A stretch of 64,000 bases of DNA, taken from Salinispira sp. Lineage in GTDB: Bacteria; Spirochaetota; Spirochaetia; DSM-27196; Salinispiraceae. Both the position numbers and the translations under genes were made by a program. The stretch is from positions 32,001 to 96,000 of the forward strand of contig CBDDDG010000014.1 of the NCBI GenBank assembly GCA_965226555.1, written 5' to 3'. Each line of letters starts with the position of its first letter. Position 1 is the first letter of the stretch. Positions 9,996 to 19,320 of the stretch are shown piece by piece. The notes under the pieces were generated by a model, which had not been told where the DNA came from, made no database searches, and worked only from the letters and a program-made list of their open reading frames with translations.

Positions 9996-10360
9996 GTGTC
10001 GGTCTCGTTTTTTTTCTGCATGGCGCACTTCCCGTTCAGCCGGCTTCCGCTTTGAATAATGAGGTCGGGGGTGTGAATTTCCCCGTGTATACTGCCGTTT
10101 TTGAAGAGTTCAAGCCGCTTGCGCGCATGAATTTTCCCAAACACTGCTCCCCGAATACTCACCACGGGGGCTTCAATATCTGTTCGCAGCTCCGCCTTCT
10201 CACCAACATAGAGATTGCTGCCGCTGACAATTGAACCGCTTATTTTTCCCTTTACGAGAATGGGATCTGTCAGATTCATTACTCCTTCAAACTGAACATC
10301 GCCGGCAATGACAGTTTCAAGGCTCGCTTCATCAATGTTACGGATACGGATGTCCGACAT
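9992..10360 (-). CDS. Bactofilin / polymer-forming cytoskeletal protein
   Basis: ETVIAGDVQFEG...IRGAVFGKIHA...GSIHGEI..PDLIIQSGSRLNGKC. Confidence 0.9.
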   Translation of the reverse strand: MSDIRIRNIDEASLETVIAGDVQFEGVMNLTDPILVKGKISGSIVSGSNLYVGEKAELRTDIEAPVVSIRGAVFGKIHARKRLELFKNGSIHGEIHTPDLIIQSGSRLNGKCAMQKKNETDT

Positions 10361-10380
10361 AGTTCCTCCCCGGCATCATG

Positions 10381-11142
10381 TTAATCTATTGCCGTCATTT
10401 TGTCATCATCATATTCATTGGACAGATCATTGTCCAGAAGGCGGATGATATTATTGAACTGCTCCACCATTTGACGGCGGATTTCTGCCGTGTGGGGATT
10501 GTAGCGCTGGAGGTCGAGGAAGAGCTGCACGGGATCGTTACAGGTCTGCTCCATGACTTCGAGGATTTTCTGAAAGCCGAGGGTGGAGATGGATGAGGGA
10601 TGAATATTCAGGCTGGAAACGAGGCGCCCAATAAAATGGGTTACCCCCTGGGTGCGGGCTGCCTCACGATCATGCTCATCGGCGTTCATTACCAGTACTC
10701 GCAGGCCTGCCTCCGTGAATATGCTTTTCCAGCGCTCAAGGACTTTCTGCCCGACACGCCAAGGGGTAAGCACTATGGGGGAATTTTTCTGATCGGCTGA
10801 GTCGGGACCAAACATGGGATGTGTGCCGAGAATGGGCTGGGCAGCGGGCAGTATCTGCCCGAGCTGGGCGAGCGGCCAGGTTTTCACCGAGCAGGTATCG
10901 AGAACGAGGGTTTCGGGAGCAAGGAGGGGGGCTATGCGCGAAGCGACCTGCGGCAGTGACGATATTGATGTGCAGAGAAACAGGGCATGAGCACGGCAGA
11001 GTTCCTCCAGCGGCGCAAGGGTAACCAAGGGCGGAGCCTCCCGCGGGGTTCTGTTGGCGGCGCGGACATCGAAGCCCTGCGCTGCCAGAAATTCAGCCCA
11101 GAATCTGCCGAATCGTCCAAGACCATACACAGCAATTATCAT
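10381..11142 (-). CDS. tyrA: Prephenate/arogenate dehydrogenase
   Basis: Rossmann motif IAVYGLGRFG, DTCSVK, THPMFGPDS, EHD..AARTQGVTH; true start at 11142. Confidence 0.85.
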   Translation of the reverse strand: MIIAVYGLGRFGRFWAEFLAAQGFDVRAANRTPREAPPLVTLAPLEELCRAHALFLCTSISSLPQVASRIAPLLAPETLVLDTCSVKTWPLAQLGQILPAAQPILGTHPMFGPDSADQKNSPIVLTPWRVGQKVLERWKSIFTEAGLRVLVMNADEHDREAARTQGVTHFIGRLVSSLNIHPSSISTLGFQKILEVMEQTCNDPVQLFLDLQRYNPHTAEIRRQMVEQFNNIIRLLDNDLSNEYDDDKMTAID

Positions 11143-11228
11143 ATGTGCTATTATATCAACGTTTTGCAAAATGCAAAAGTTTCTATGGATGATAGGGTGC
11201 GGGCGCTGCGCAGGCGCGGGAGCTGTAT

Positions 11229-12305
11229 ATGAGTTTTGTTCAGAAAATGCGCAACAGGGCGCGGGCGCTGCAGCGGCATCTTGTGCTGCCGGAGGGCAGT
11301 GAAGAGCGGACGATGCGGGCTGCGGAACGCATTCTCGCGGAGGGTATTGCGGCGCGGGTGAGTCTTGTTGGGGAGCCGGAGCGGCTGCTGCGGCAGGCGG
11401 AGCAGATCGGTGTGAGGTTGTCGGGCATTGAGCTTGTTGATCCTGCCCGCGATGCCCGGAGGGAGCGCTACGCGGAGGAATACCACGCGCTTCGCAAACA
11501 CAAGGGGCTGAGCGGGGAGCAGGCCTTTGCCGACATGGCTCATGGTCTGCGTTGGGGCTGCATGATGCTCCGCATGGGCGATGCCGATGCGGTGGTCGCC
11601 GGTGCCGGGAATTCCACCGCCAATGTACTGCGGGCTGCATTCACCATTATAAAAACACGGCCCGGAATTGACGTAGTTTCATCATGTTTCGTCATGCTCC
11701 TGAAAGATAGAGCCCGGGGCAGCGATGGACGCATGATCTTCAGCGACTGCGCCATTATTCCAAGCCCGAGCACGGAGCAGCTCACGAGCATCGCGTCAGC
11801 GGCGGCAGAAAGCTGCCGGACATTTCTGGAAACCGAACCGGTAGTAGCAATGCTGAGTTTTTCTACCAAAGGCAGCGCCGAAACAGAAGAAAGCCAGCGG
11901 GTACGCCGCGCAACCGAACTGCTGCGCAAGCAGCACCCCGAACTCATTGTGGACGGAGAACTACAGCTCGATGCCGCCATTGTCCCTGCTGTTGGAGCGC
12001 AAAAGGCCCCGGGATCACCTGTGAACGGAGGGGCAAACACCCTTATTTTCCCCGATCTCCAGTCGGGAAACATCGGATATAAACTGGTTCAGCGTCTGGC
12101 AGGAGCTCAGGCCATTGGCCCCATTCTCCAGGGGCTCGCGAAACCAGTCAGCGATTTAAGCAGGGGCTGTTCAGTCGATGATATTATCAACACCGCCGCC
12201 TTTACCATTGTTCAGAGTGGACGGCAGCCCAATCAACAAAAAACAGAGCAGCAAAAGCCCAATCAACAAAAAATAGAACGACAGCAGAACGGAGCAGCAA
12301 CATGA
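11229..12305 (+). CDS. pta: Phosphate acetyltransferase
   Basis: VLPEG, SDCAI, MLSFSTKGS, DGELQLDAA, FPDLQSGNIGYK, DLSRGCS. Confidence 0.95.
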   Translation: MSFVQKMRNRARALQRHLVLPEGSEERTMRAAERILAEGIAARVSLVGEPERLLRQAEQIGVRLSGIELVDPARDARRERYAEEYHALRKHKGLSGEQAFADMAHGLRWGCMMLRMGDADAVVAGAGNSTANVLRAAFTIIKTRPGIDVVSSCFVMLLKDRARGSDGRMIFSDCAIIPSPSTEQLTSIASAAAESCRTFLETEPVVAMLSFSTKGSAETEESQRVRRATELLRKQHPELIVDGELQLDAAIVPAVGAQKAPGSPVNGGANTLIFPDLQSGNIGYKLVQRLAGAQAIGPILQGLAKPVSDLSRGCSVDDIINTAAFTIVQSGRQPNQQKTEQQKPNQQKIERQQNGAAT

Positions 12306-12322
12306 CAGACAGGAGCAGAAGC

Positions 12323-13075
12323 ATGAACATTACCCTCGTTGGCTACGGACGAATGGGGAAGGAAGTTGAGGCAGCCGCGCAGGAGCGCGGGCACAGCATT
12401 GTTTCCACGGTTGACCCGCGGGGAGGCACCTTCGCCGAACTGAGCCCCGCGGCGCTCAGGAACAGCAGCGGTATTATCGAATTTGCCCACCCTGAAGGCA
12501 TTTTGCCTCGAATATCGCTTGCCGACGAGTATCAGATACCCTATGTCATCGGCACCACCGGCTGGGATTCAGGCGGACAATTCAGTAAAGAGGTGAAAGC
12601 AATTGCCGACAAAAAGAATGCCGCCGTCCTGATCGGATCGAATTTCAGTGTTGGCGCAAACCTTTTCTTCAGAATTGCCGAAGCCGCAGCCGCCGCGATA
12701 AACGCCTTTCCCGACTATGACATTGCGGTGAGCGAATCGCATCATCGAAAAAAGAAGGACAGCCCATCGGGATCGGCACTCACAATTGCCGAAAAAATTA
12801 TCCGCGCCAACAAGCGCAAAAACCGCATCTGCGCCGAGCCCCTCCAGCGTGAAATTGCCGAAGATGAGCTTCATATCAGCTCCCTGCGGGCAGGCAGCAT
12901 TCCCGGCATTCACCGGGTAATTCTCGACAGCCCCGCCGACAGTATTGTTCTTGAACATAGCGCCCGCGGTCGTTCAGGTTTTGCTGCCGGTGCCGTTCTC
13001 GCCCTTGAATGGCTCCGAAAACAGGAGCGCAGCTTTTACACGGCCGATGATTTTTTCACCGCCATTTTGGAGTAG
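12323..13075 (+). CDS. dapB: 4-hydroxy-tetrahydrodipicolinate reductase
   Basis: GYGRMG, VIGTTG, SNFSVG, ESHHRKKKDSPSG, RSGFAAGA. Confidence 0.95.
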   Translation: MNITLVGYGRMGKEVEAAAQERGHSIVSTVDPRGGTFAELSPAALRNSSGIIEFAHPEGILPRISLADEYQIPYVIGTTGWDSGGQFSKEVKAIADKKNAAVLIGSNFSVGANLFFRIAEAAAAAINAFPDYDIAVSESHHRKKKDSPSGSALTIAEKIIRANKRKNRICAEPLQREIAEDELHISSLRAGSIPGIHRVILDSPADSIVLEHSARGRSGFAAGAVLALEWLRKQERSFYTADDFFTAILE

Positions 13076-13112
13076 GAAAACCACAGCAGCGACAACGCGC
13101 GCAAGTGAGGGC

Positions 13113-13149
13113 AAAGTTTTGCTACTGAAATTTTATTTAGGCAAAACTT
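13113..13149. repeat. Palindromic element, shortened core
   Basis: AAGTTTTGC-TACTGAAATTTTATTTAG-GCAAAACTT. Confidence 0.75.
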
Positions 13150-13195
13150 CAAAAAGTGATCCCGCCGCATGGGCGCGCAGGCCGAGCAACGTCAA

Positions 13196-13504
13196 TTAAT
13201 GCGATCCGTTCCGCAATGTCCGCATTTCCTCATCGCTCAGCCCTGTAATTCTCTGAACAGCCTCGGTCGACAACCCTTCCAAAAACATACTGCGGGCCGT
13301 TTCTCGAATGCCTTCTTCACGACCTGTCTGCAATCCTTCCTGCCGACCTGTCTGCAGTCCTTCCTGCCGACCTGTCTGCAGTCCTTCCTGCCGACCTGTC
13401 TGCAATCCTGTCTGAAGTCCTTCTTCACGACCTGTTCGCAGTCCTTCCTGCCGACCCATTTCCGCAATGCGCGCTTTGAATGTTTCCGCATTCATTCTGA
13501 ACAT
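13196..13504 (-). CDS. Putative internally initiated small Rpn protein (102 aa)
   Basis: TAAGGAGGT-AGCGAAA-ATG, a perfect SD in frame; conserved in all three family B copies. Confidence 0.75.
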   Translation of the reverse strand: MFRMNAETFKARIAEMGRQEGLRTGREEGLQTGLQTGRQEGLQTGRQEGLQTGRQEGLQTGREEGIRETARSMFLEGLSTEAVQRITGLSDEEMRTLRNGSH

Positions 13505-14272
13505 TTTCGCTACCTCCTTACCTCTCGGTTCTTTTGTTCTTTCTAATCTGTTCATTAACGTATCTAAATCTATAACAATTCCGAACATCGAATCTACCAC
13601 GCCGACAAATTCCTCTATCAGCTCCAGCGATTCCTCATTCAGCATTCCTGCTATCGCCTTTTCTACTATTTGAATGTCCCAATCCGTATTCAGCAGATTT
13701 TTCGAGTACAGATCAAGGTACATAACAGCCGCAAACATTCTTCCTCGCTGCTGCAGCTGCTTCGCAGAATAATCGTTCTCACTTATCAGATCGTAGGGAA
13801 AGGGAGCAAGATACTGCGGGAATTTCCGCTTCCGTTGCTTTCTAACATTCCCGGGCACCTTCCATTTTCTCGTACCATTATAGAACACAATGGGAAGAAA
13901 TACCAATTCACAGTCATCGGGAATTGCGCCGGAGCGGTGAATGTTCCGGTAGAGAAGATTTGTGTACTCCGACATGCGGAGGGGCATGTCGTTGTCCACT
14001 CCAGACTGATGCTCAAGGAGCACATAGATAACAACATCTCCCGTGTGATCCCGAGTTCTGATTTTGCAGATAATGTCGGCCATTCGTGTTTTTGCATGGT
14101 CGATGAAAAAGGTACCGTTTTCGATGGTTATGTCCTCGGTTCGCAATTTTTTCGTCCATGCGCCTCCGACAAAGCGTTGCAGAAATTGGAGCATTATTGC
14201 GGGTTGGAACAGCAGGGAGCGGTATCCTTGGTCGTAGGGAACGGGGGCGGGTTTTTCTTTGAAATCGATCAT
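13196..14272 (-). CDS. Rpn/YhgA-like PD-(D/E)XK nuclease, family B, intact (358 aa)
   Basis: RBS AGGAGG; YDQGYR, RMADII, LLEHQS, MPLRMSEY, LPIVFYNG; GRQEGLQT 24-bp repeats. Confidence 0.9.
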   Translation of the reverse strand: MIDFKEKPAPVPYDQGYRSLLFQPAIMLQFLQRFVGGAWTKKLRTEDITIENGTFFIDHAKTRMADIICKIRTRDHTGDVVIYVLLEHQSGVDNDMPLRMSEYTNLLYRNIHRSGAIPDDCELVFLPIVFYNGTRKWKVPGNVRKQRKRKFPQYLAPFPYDLISENDYSAKQLQQRGRMFAAVMYLDLYSKNLLNTDWDIQIVEKAIAGMLNEESLELIEEFVGVVDSMFGIVIDLDTLMNRLERTKEPRGKEVAKMFRMNAETFKARIAEMGRQEGLRTGREEGLQTGLQTGRQEGLQTGRQEGLQTGRQEGLQTGREEGIRETARSMFLEGLSTEAVQRITGLSDEEMRTLRNGSH

Positions 14273-14286
14273 ACAATCCTCCTGAA

Positions 14287-14439
14287 CGAAAGTTTTGCTA
14301 CTGGAAATTGTGCTTGCACAATTTTCCAATGCAAAAATTTCTATAAAATAGAAGAATGCTAAGCACATACAAAGCATTCCGAATCTGAAACTTTTGCTAC
14401 TGGAAATTGTGCAAGCACAATTTTCCAAGGCAAAAGTTT
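14287..14439. mobile_element. 153-bp double-palindrome insertion in the rpnB leader
   Basis: Absent from the paralogous leader at 52861-52898; two long palindromes plus spacer, flanked by CTGAA direct repeats (14282-86, 14440-44). Confidence 0.8.
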
Positions 14440-14667
14440 CTGAAGGTTTTTCTGAACGTTTCTTTCTGAATAGGGGAGTTCCCATGGCGACATGGTCCCA
14501 TGGTGAATTCTCCCCCTCTATATCTGTGACGGGTAAACTGTCATTTTTGACTGTGTTTTTTGAAAAAATTTGAAAAAAGTTCACCTTTTGCAAAACATTA
14601 CTATTGCACAGGTTTTGTGGACATGATACTATGCAACAATCTTATAATTTATCGTGAGGAGGAAATC

Positions 14668-16284
14668 ATGAATGTCAAATTATATACGGGAACCCGGTTT
14701 CTACTCTGCGCGATGTGCATAGCATTAATTGCTGCATGTCCGATGCCGGAACCCGAGCCAATGCCGGAACCCGAGCCAACTGTGCCGGGTACAATAGGTG
14801 CCCCAGACCTTAAAGCGGGGAATGGGCAACTAACGGTTAACTGGACTGCTCCGAACAACGGCGGCAGCGAAATTACCACATACCACCTTCACCATAGCGC
14901 GGACGGCGGTACCACATGGTCGGAAATTATTGCACTTGCCGCGCCAGCCGCAAGCTACACCATTCCCGAACTGACAAACGCCGCTGAGTACCATGTACAG
15001 GCGCGCGCCGTCAATGCAGTCGGCGCTGGGTCATGGTCGGAATCTGCCGTTGCAACTCTCCCTGCCGCTGCAACTCCCCCCGCCGCCGTTCCTGACGCGC
15101 CGGCTGCCCCAACCCTTTATGCGGGCACTGGGCGGATCGTTGCGAGATGGTCTGAACCGGACGATAACGGCAGCGAAATTACCGGGTATGAGCTGATATA
15201 TCGCGAAGTCGGCGTAACCGCATGGACGGCTGCTTCCGGCATCACCGGCACAGATTACACCATTACGGGACTGACAAACGGTGCTCTCTACCACGTGCAT
15301 GCGCGCGCCATCAACGCGGAGGGCGCTGGACCCTGGTCTGCCCCCGCGCTGGGATCGCCGATCTCATTTCCTCCGACACAGACTCCTTCGGGTACGGAAA
15401 ATTCTATAAGCCTTTTGGCTGCCGATAATGCCATTAATACTGCCAGTATTGCCAATGAGAACCTGAACCTCAGCGTTTCTTTGATTACGGGCACTTACAC
15501 GGTCAATGACTCAGGAAACATTACGATAAGCACCGTAACTCCGCCCGGAACGGTCACCATTCCGACAGTTGATCCGAGTACCGGACTTGTTACGGTTACC
15601 GCAGGTACAACGGCAGGAACATATGTGGTATATGGCGAAATAGAAAGCGGAGACATACTCTTTGCCGAATATCTCTATGTTACTGAGAGTCCAACAACTA
15701 ACGCTGAACTGAAAACAGCGGTAACTACGGGGATATCAACTTGGGGACCAACTGCCGATTTCAACTACATTATTACCACGGCAGTAACGGATATGTCATC
15801 TGTTTTTATTGCCAACGCCACATTCAATGGTGATATTTCCGGTTGGGATACTACAGCGGTAACGGATATGTCCAATATGTTCTATTTAGCAAGAGCATTC
15901 AATGGCGATATTTCCGGTTGGGATGTCAGTTTGGTAACGGATATGTCCGCTATGTTCAATACCGCAAGTGTCTTCAATGGCGATATCTCAAACTGGGATG
16001 TCAGTAAGGTAACGAATATGACCGCTATGTTCATTAGCGCAAGTGTCTTCAATGGCGATATCTCACTCTGGAATGTCAGAGCGGTAACGAATATGCAAAA
16101 TATGTTCAAAGATGCAAGTGCATTCAATCAGGATCTTGAAGAGTGGGGGGAGCATCTGACGCTTAATGACAGTAGCAAATACACCGGAACCACAACAGAT
16201 ATGTTTAAGGATTCCGGTTTGGATGCGAATCCGGATAGTAATGACGATAGTGGGGATCAACCGAATTATCCATCATGGTATTAG
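14668..16284 (+). CDS. Surface lipoprotein 2: 2x FN3 + 5x DUF285/BspA-like repeats
   Basis: RBS GAGGAGG, signal ending LIAAC, PE linker; putative promoter TTGCAC-17-TACTAT upstream, echoed at lipoprotein 4. Confidence 0.9.
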   Translation: MNVKLYTGTRFLLCAMCIALIAACPMPEPEPMPEPEPTVPGTIGAPDLKAGNGQLTVNWTAPNNGGSEITTYHLHHSADGGTTWSEIIALAAPAASYTIPELTNAAEYHVQARAVNAVGAGSWSESAVATLPAAATPPAAVPDAPAAPTLYAGTGRIVARWSEPDDNGSEITGYELIYREVGVTAWTAASGITGTDYTITGLTNGALYHVHARAINAEGAGPWSAPALGSPISFPPTQTPSGTENSISLLAADNAINTASIANENLNLSVSLITGTYTVNDSGNITISTVTPPGTVTIPTVDPSTGLVTVTAGTTAGTYVVYGEIESGDILFAEYLYVTESPTTNAELKTAVTTGISTWGPTADFNYIITTAVTDMSSVFIANATFNGDISGWDTTAVTDMSNMFYLARAFNGDISGWDVSLVTDMSAMFNTASVFNGDISNWDVSKVTNMTAMFISASVFNGDISLWNVRAVTNMQNMFKDASAFNQDLEEWGEHLTLNDSSKYTGTTTDMFKDSGLDANPDSNDDSGDQPNYPSWY

Positions 16285-16545
16285 TTTCATAGCCCATAGC
16301 CCGCAGTGAACAGCCCTGCGCTCCAACTCCGGCTGGTCGGCGCGGGGGCTGCTCGCTCATGTCGCCCGGCTCGCCCATGCGGCTGTTGCTGAGACTGGGC
16401 TGGTCGGCGTTGCGCGGCTGCTCGCCATGAGGTGGGATTAGGCTAATATCCCGAAAAAATCGAAAATTCTGCAAAATTTTCTCATTACATCATCCACCGT
16501 GCGCGCATACCCTGTTTATGTGGTATGGGCAACAATCATATAGGA

Positions 16546-16687
16546 ATGGTACACGACAAAAGTTGGAAATATGCCTTCGAAAATCCTCAGATATTCCGGG
16601 ACTTCATCCATTCATACTTCAACAAAGACCTCGCGCGGAGCATTGTTCCCGGGAGCATAGAGCGTATCGACACAGAGCATACCAGCC
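16546..16687 (+). pseudogene. N-terminal stub of a third Rpn family (C)
   Basis: MVHDKSWKYAFENPQIFRDFI...SIERIDTEH resembles the Rpn N-terminal HD..K..F motif; cut off by the rpn leader. Confidence 0.7.
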
Positions 16688-16792
16688 ACCATTCCCGACT
16701 CTCTGAAAAAAATTCACAAATTTTGCAAAATTCTTTCAAAATACATAGTCAAGAATGACTTTTCTCCCGTTATAGATATAGGAGGAAAAAAT

Positions 16793-17884
16793 ATGAAAAA
16801 ATCATCCCAGAGCACAGGCCATATCCACGACATAGCCTTCAAGATCGCCTACTACAGAACCCCCCGGCTGATTCCCGACCTGCTGCGGCTGTTCTGTGAG
16901 GATACGACTCTTGCCAAGCTGGATCTGGGCAAAATCCGCATTGAAAACCCCAGCTACATTGCAGGAAAAAAGAACCTTCTCTGCGATCTCGTTGTCAGCG
17001 CCCCCTTCCTGTCAGACCCAGAGCGGAAGGCCCTGTTCATTACTGAAAATTTTGCTCCGCAAAATTTTCAAATAAGGATTCTCTCATCTATACTCTTGAT
17101 TCTCTCACGGTATAGAAAGTTTTGCCTTGGAAAATTGTGCAAGCACAATTTCCAGTAGCAAAACTTTTGTATTGAGCATAAAAGCTACCTGCATAAACAT
17201 GCTCTCACTCAGATTGATAATTATCAGCATGCCCTCAGAAACAGCAATGTGTATAATGAAAATGATGCTATCTATATACTTCTGCTCTACCATGGAAAAA
17301 AGGAATGGAACCTCCCACTCACATTTTACAGTTCACATGGAAATCCAACCTCTGAATCCATGACTGAAGGCACGGTAGATGTCAGGGCGAGAGTGTCGTA
17401 CATTGTGCGCGATCTGAGGCGAATGGACAAAAAGCAGTTGGCATGGCGTTCCGATGAAAAACGATATACATCGACTGCGTTGTGGTATATAATGCGAGAC
17501 AATAAAATGGATGCTGAGGGGCTGAAAGAGATTGCGCAGCTCCTGAACGGTCTGTCTTCACAAGACTTTACTGATCTGGCAGAGAGTGTGCTAGGCTATC
17601 TGAAAGATCTGGGACTGTATGAGCAGTTTGAGAAAATTGACAGGGAACTGTTCCCTGGAGGAGAAAACAGTATGCGGACATATAATATTACCAACGCCTT
17701 CGTAAGGGAAGGCATTGCGAAAGGAATTGAGCAGGGGCAAGCTCAGCTCCGGAGTGAGTATGTACTCAATATGCTTAAGGATGGTCTGTCTATGGACCTT
17801 ATTCATAAGATTACCAAGCTCAGCAAGGATGAAATTAGAGCATTTACGAAAAACGAAAATGGCAGGGAAAACGGTAGAGCGTAG
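16793..17884 (+). pseudogene. Rpn family A interrupted by an in-frame 129-bp insertion with one TAG
   Basis: ORFs 16793-17158 and 17249-17884 share a frame; internal small ORF 17672-17884 with GGAGGAG RBS is intact. Confidence 0.9.
17043..17169. mobile_element. 127-bp MITE-like element with TA duplication
   Basis: Absent from paralogues (empty site TTCATTATTGA in the 30968 copy); TA at 17041-42 and 17170-71; second copy at 44098-44224. Confidence 0.9.
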
Positions 17885-17998
17885 CGCAGATCTTTGCGCG
17901 CCTGCTCGCCCATGCGTTTGTTGCTGTGGCGCGACGCTGCGCGGCTACTTGCAGCTGAAACTTTTTTCTCGTATTATCAATGAGCTCGGGAGGATTCC

Positions 17999-19315
17999 TT
18001 GAACAGGCAGTATGATTTTTCTATTCAGAATCTCGGGAAGCCCGAATATCAATCTCCCATAATACTTTCCCGGGTCTATGGCGACACCATAGCAAATTAT
18101 GTAACAGACGATGAACGTATTCTCTCCGATATTCAGATATGCAACGGGAAGCAGTTTCCGCAGCGGGAAGACGCGCAGAGTCTGGAAAAAGCAGGCCCGA
18201 GAGAGCGCATATATTTTTCTCCCTCTGAAGTGCGGGCGGGAATTGTTACCTGCGGCGGATTGTGCCCGGGGCTGAACGATGTTATCCGCTCGGTGGTGCA
18301 TACGCTCTGGCACAGCTATGGGGCGCGAAAAATTTTAGGTATTAAATTCGGGTATAATGGTTTTCTCGGAGCAGTCAGGTCCCCTGTAATTGCCTTAGAT
18401 CCCGATGCGGTTAAAGATATTCACCGTATAGGAGGAAGTATACTGGGTACTTCCCGGGGAGGGGGTGAGCAACGGGAGAAAATTCTCAATGCCGTTGAGA
18501 AGCTTGGTTTGAACATGCTCTTTACCATTGGCGGCGATGGTACTCAGAAAGGCGCGCTGGGTATTGCAGAAGAGGCTGCCCGCCGCGGTAAGAAAATTGC
18601 GGTTATTGGAATTCCGAAAACAATTGATAATGATCTGAGTTTTGTCGAAAAAAGCTTTGGTTTTGAAACGGCAGTTGTACGGGCAACCGAAGTCGTTCTT
18701 TCAGCTCATCAGGAGGCTCATTCGGCTATTCACGGAATTGGCCTTGTGAAGCTCATGGGGAGGGAAAGCGGGTTCATTGCCGCTCACACAGCTATTTCAA
18801 GCCAGGATGTGAACTATGCGCTTATTCCTGAGGTTCCCTTCCGCCTTGAGGGATCGGGCGGATTGTTTGAGCATCTCACGGAGCGGCTGGACAAGCGGAA
18901 TCATGCTGTTATTATCGTTGCGGAGGGAGCCGGTCAGAATCTTCTTCACGATGAAAATGCGAGCGATGCCTCAGGCAATCGGAAGCTGGGAGATATCGGA
19001 ATCTATATAAAGGAACTCATTACAAAGTACTTCAAAGATATGGACTATGAAGTTAATCTTAAATATATTGATCCAAGTTATATAATTCGCAGTTCCAGCG
19101 CCATTCCCACCGATGGGCTGTACTGTTCCCGTCTGGGCACAAATGCGGTTCATGCGGCTATGACAGGAAAAACAGCTATGCTTGTAAGCTTCTGGAACAG
19201 CCGCTTTGTCCATGTTCCCATGAAGCTTTCCTGTTCCATGCGGAATTATGTTAACCCTGAAAGTTCTCTCTGGCGTGATGTTCTGGATGCTACCGGCATG
19301 CCTCTGACATGGTAG
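17999..19315 (+). CDS. pfkA: 6-phosphofructokinase (long form, probably ATP-dependent)
   Basis: TCGGLCPGLN, GGSILGTSRG, IGGDGT, PKTIDND, KLMGRESGFIA. Confidence 0.9.
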   Translation: MNRQYDFSIQNLGKPEYQSPIILSRVYGDTIANYVTDDERILSDIQICNGKQFPQREDAQSLEKAGPRERIYFSPSEVRAGIVTCGGLCPGLNDVIRSVVHTLWHSYGARKILGIKFGYNGFLGAVRSPVIALDPDAVKDIHRIGGSILGTSRGGGEQREKILNAVEKLGLNMLFTIGGDGTQKGALGIAEEAARRGKKIAVIGIPKTIDNDLSFVEKSFGFETAVVRATEVVLSAHQEAHSAIHGIGLVKLMGRESGFIAAHTAISSQDVNYALIPEVPFRLEGSGGLFEHLTERLDKRNHAVIIVAEGAGQNLLHDENASDASGNRKLGDIGIYIKELITKYFKDMDYEVNLKYIDPSYIIRSSSAIPTDGLYCSRLGTNAVHAAMTGKTAMLVSFWNSRFVHVPMKLSCSMRNYVNPESSLWRDVLDATGMPLTW

Positions 19316-19320
19316 CCGGT

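Noticed and set aside
11143..11640. Long N-terminal extension of prephenate dehydrogenase
   Set aside because: Antisense to pta; the Rossmann motif starts at 11142
14287..14439. CRISPR mini-array (repeat-spacer-repeat)
   Set aside because: Only two ~50-bp units; copies are dispersed, the spacer recurs in the flaB leader, and there are no cas genes
14273..14593. 107-aa N-terminal extension of rpnB in the ORF track
   Set aside because: Read-through of leader and palindromes; RBS and paralogues place the start at 14272
16328..16430. Integron attC sites or shufflon
   Set aside because: No tyrosine or serine recombinase in the window and no RYYYAAC...GTTRRRY structure found
17156..17158. Programmed amber recoding in rpnA
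   Set aside because: The TAG belongs to the inserted palindrome, other genes end in TAG normally, and no recoding machinery is visible
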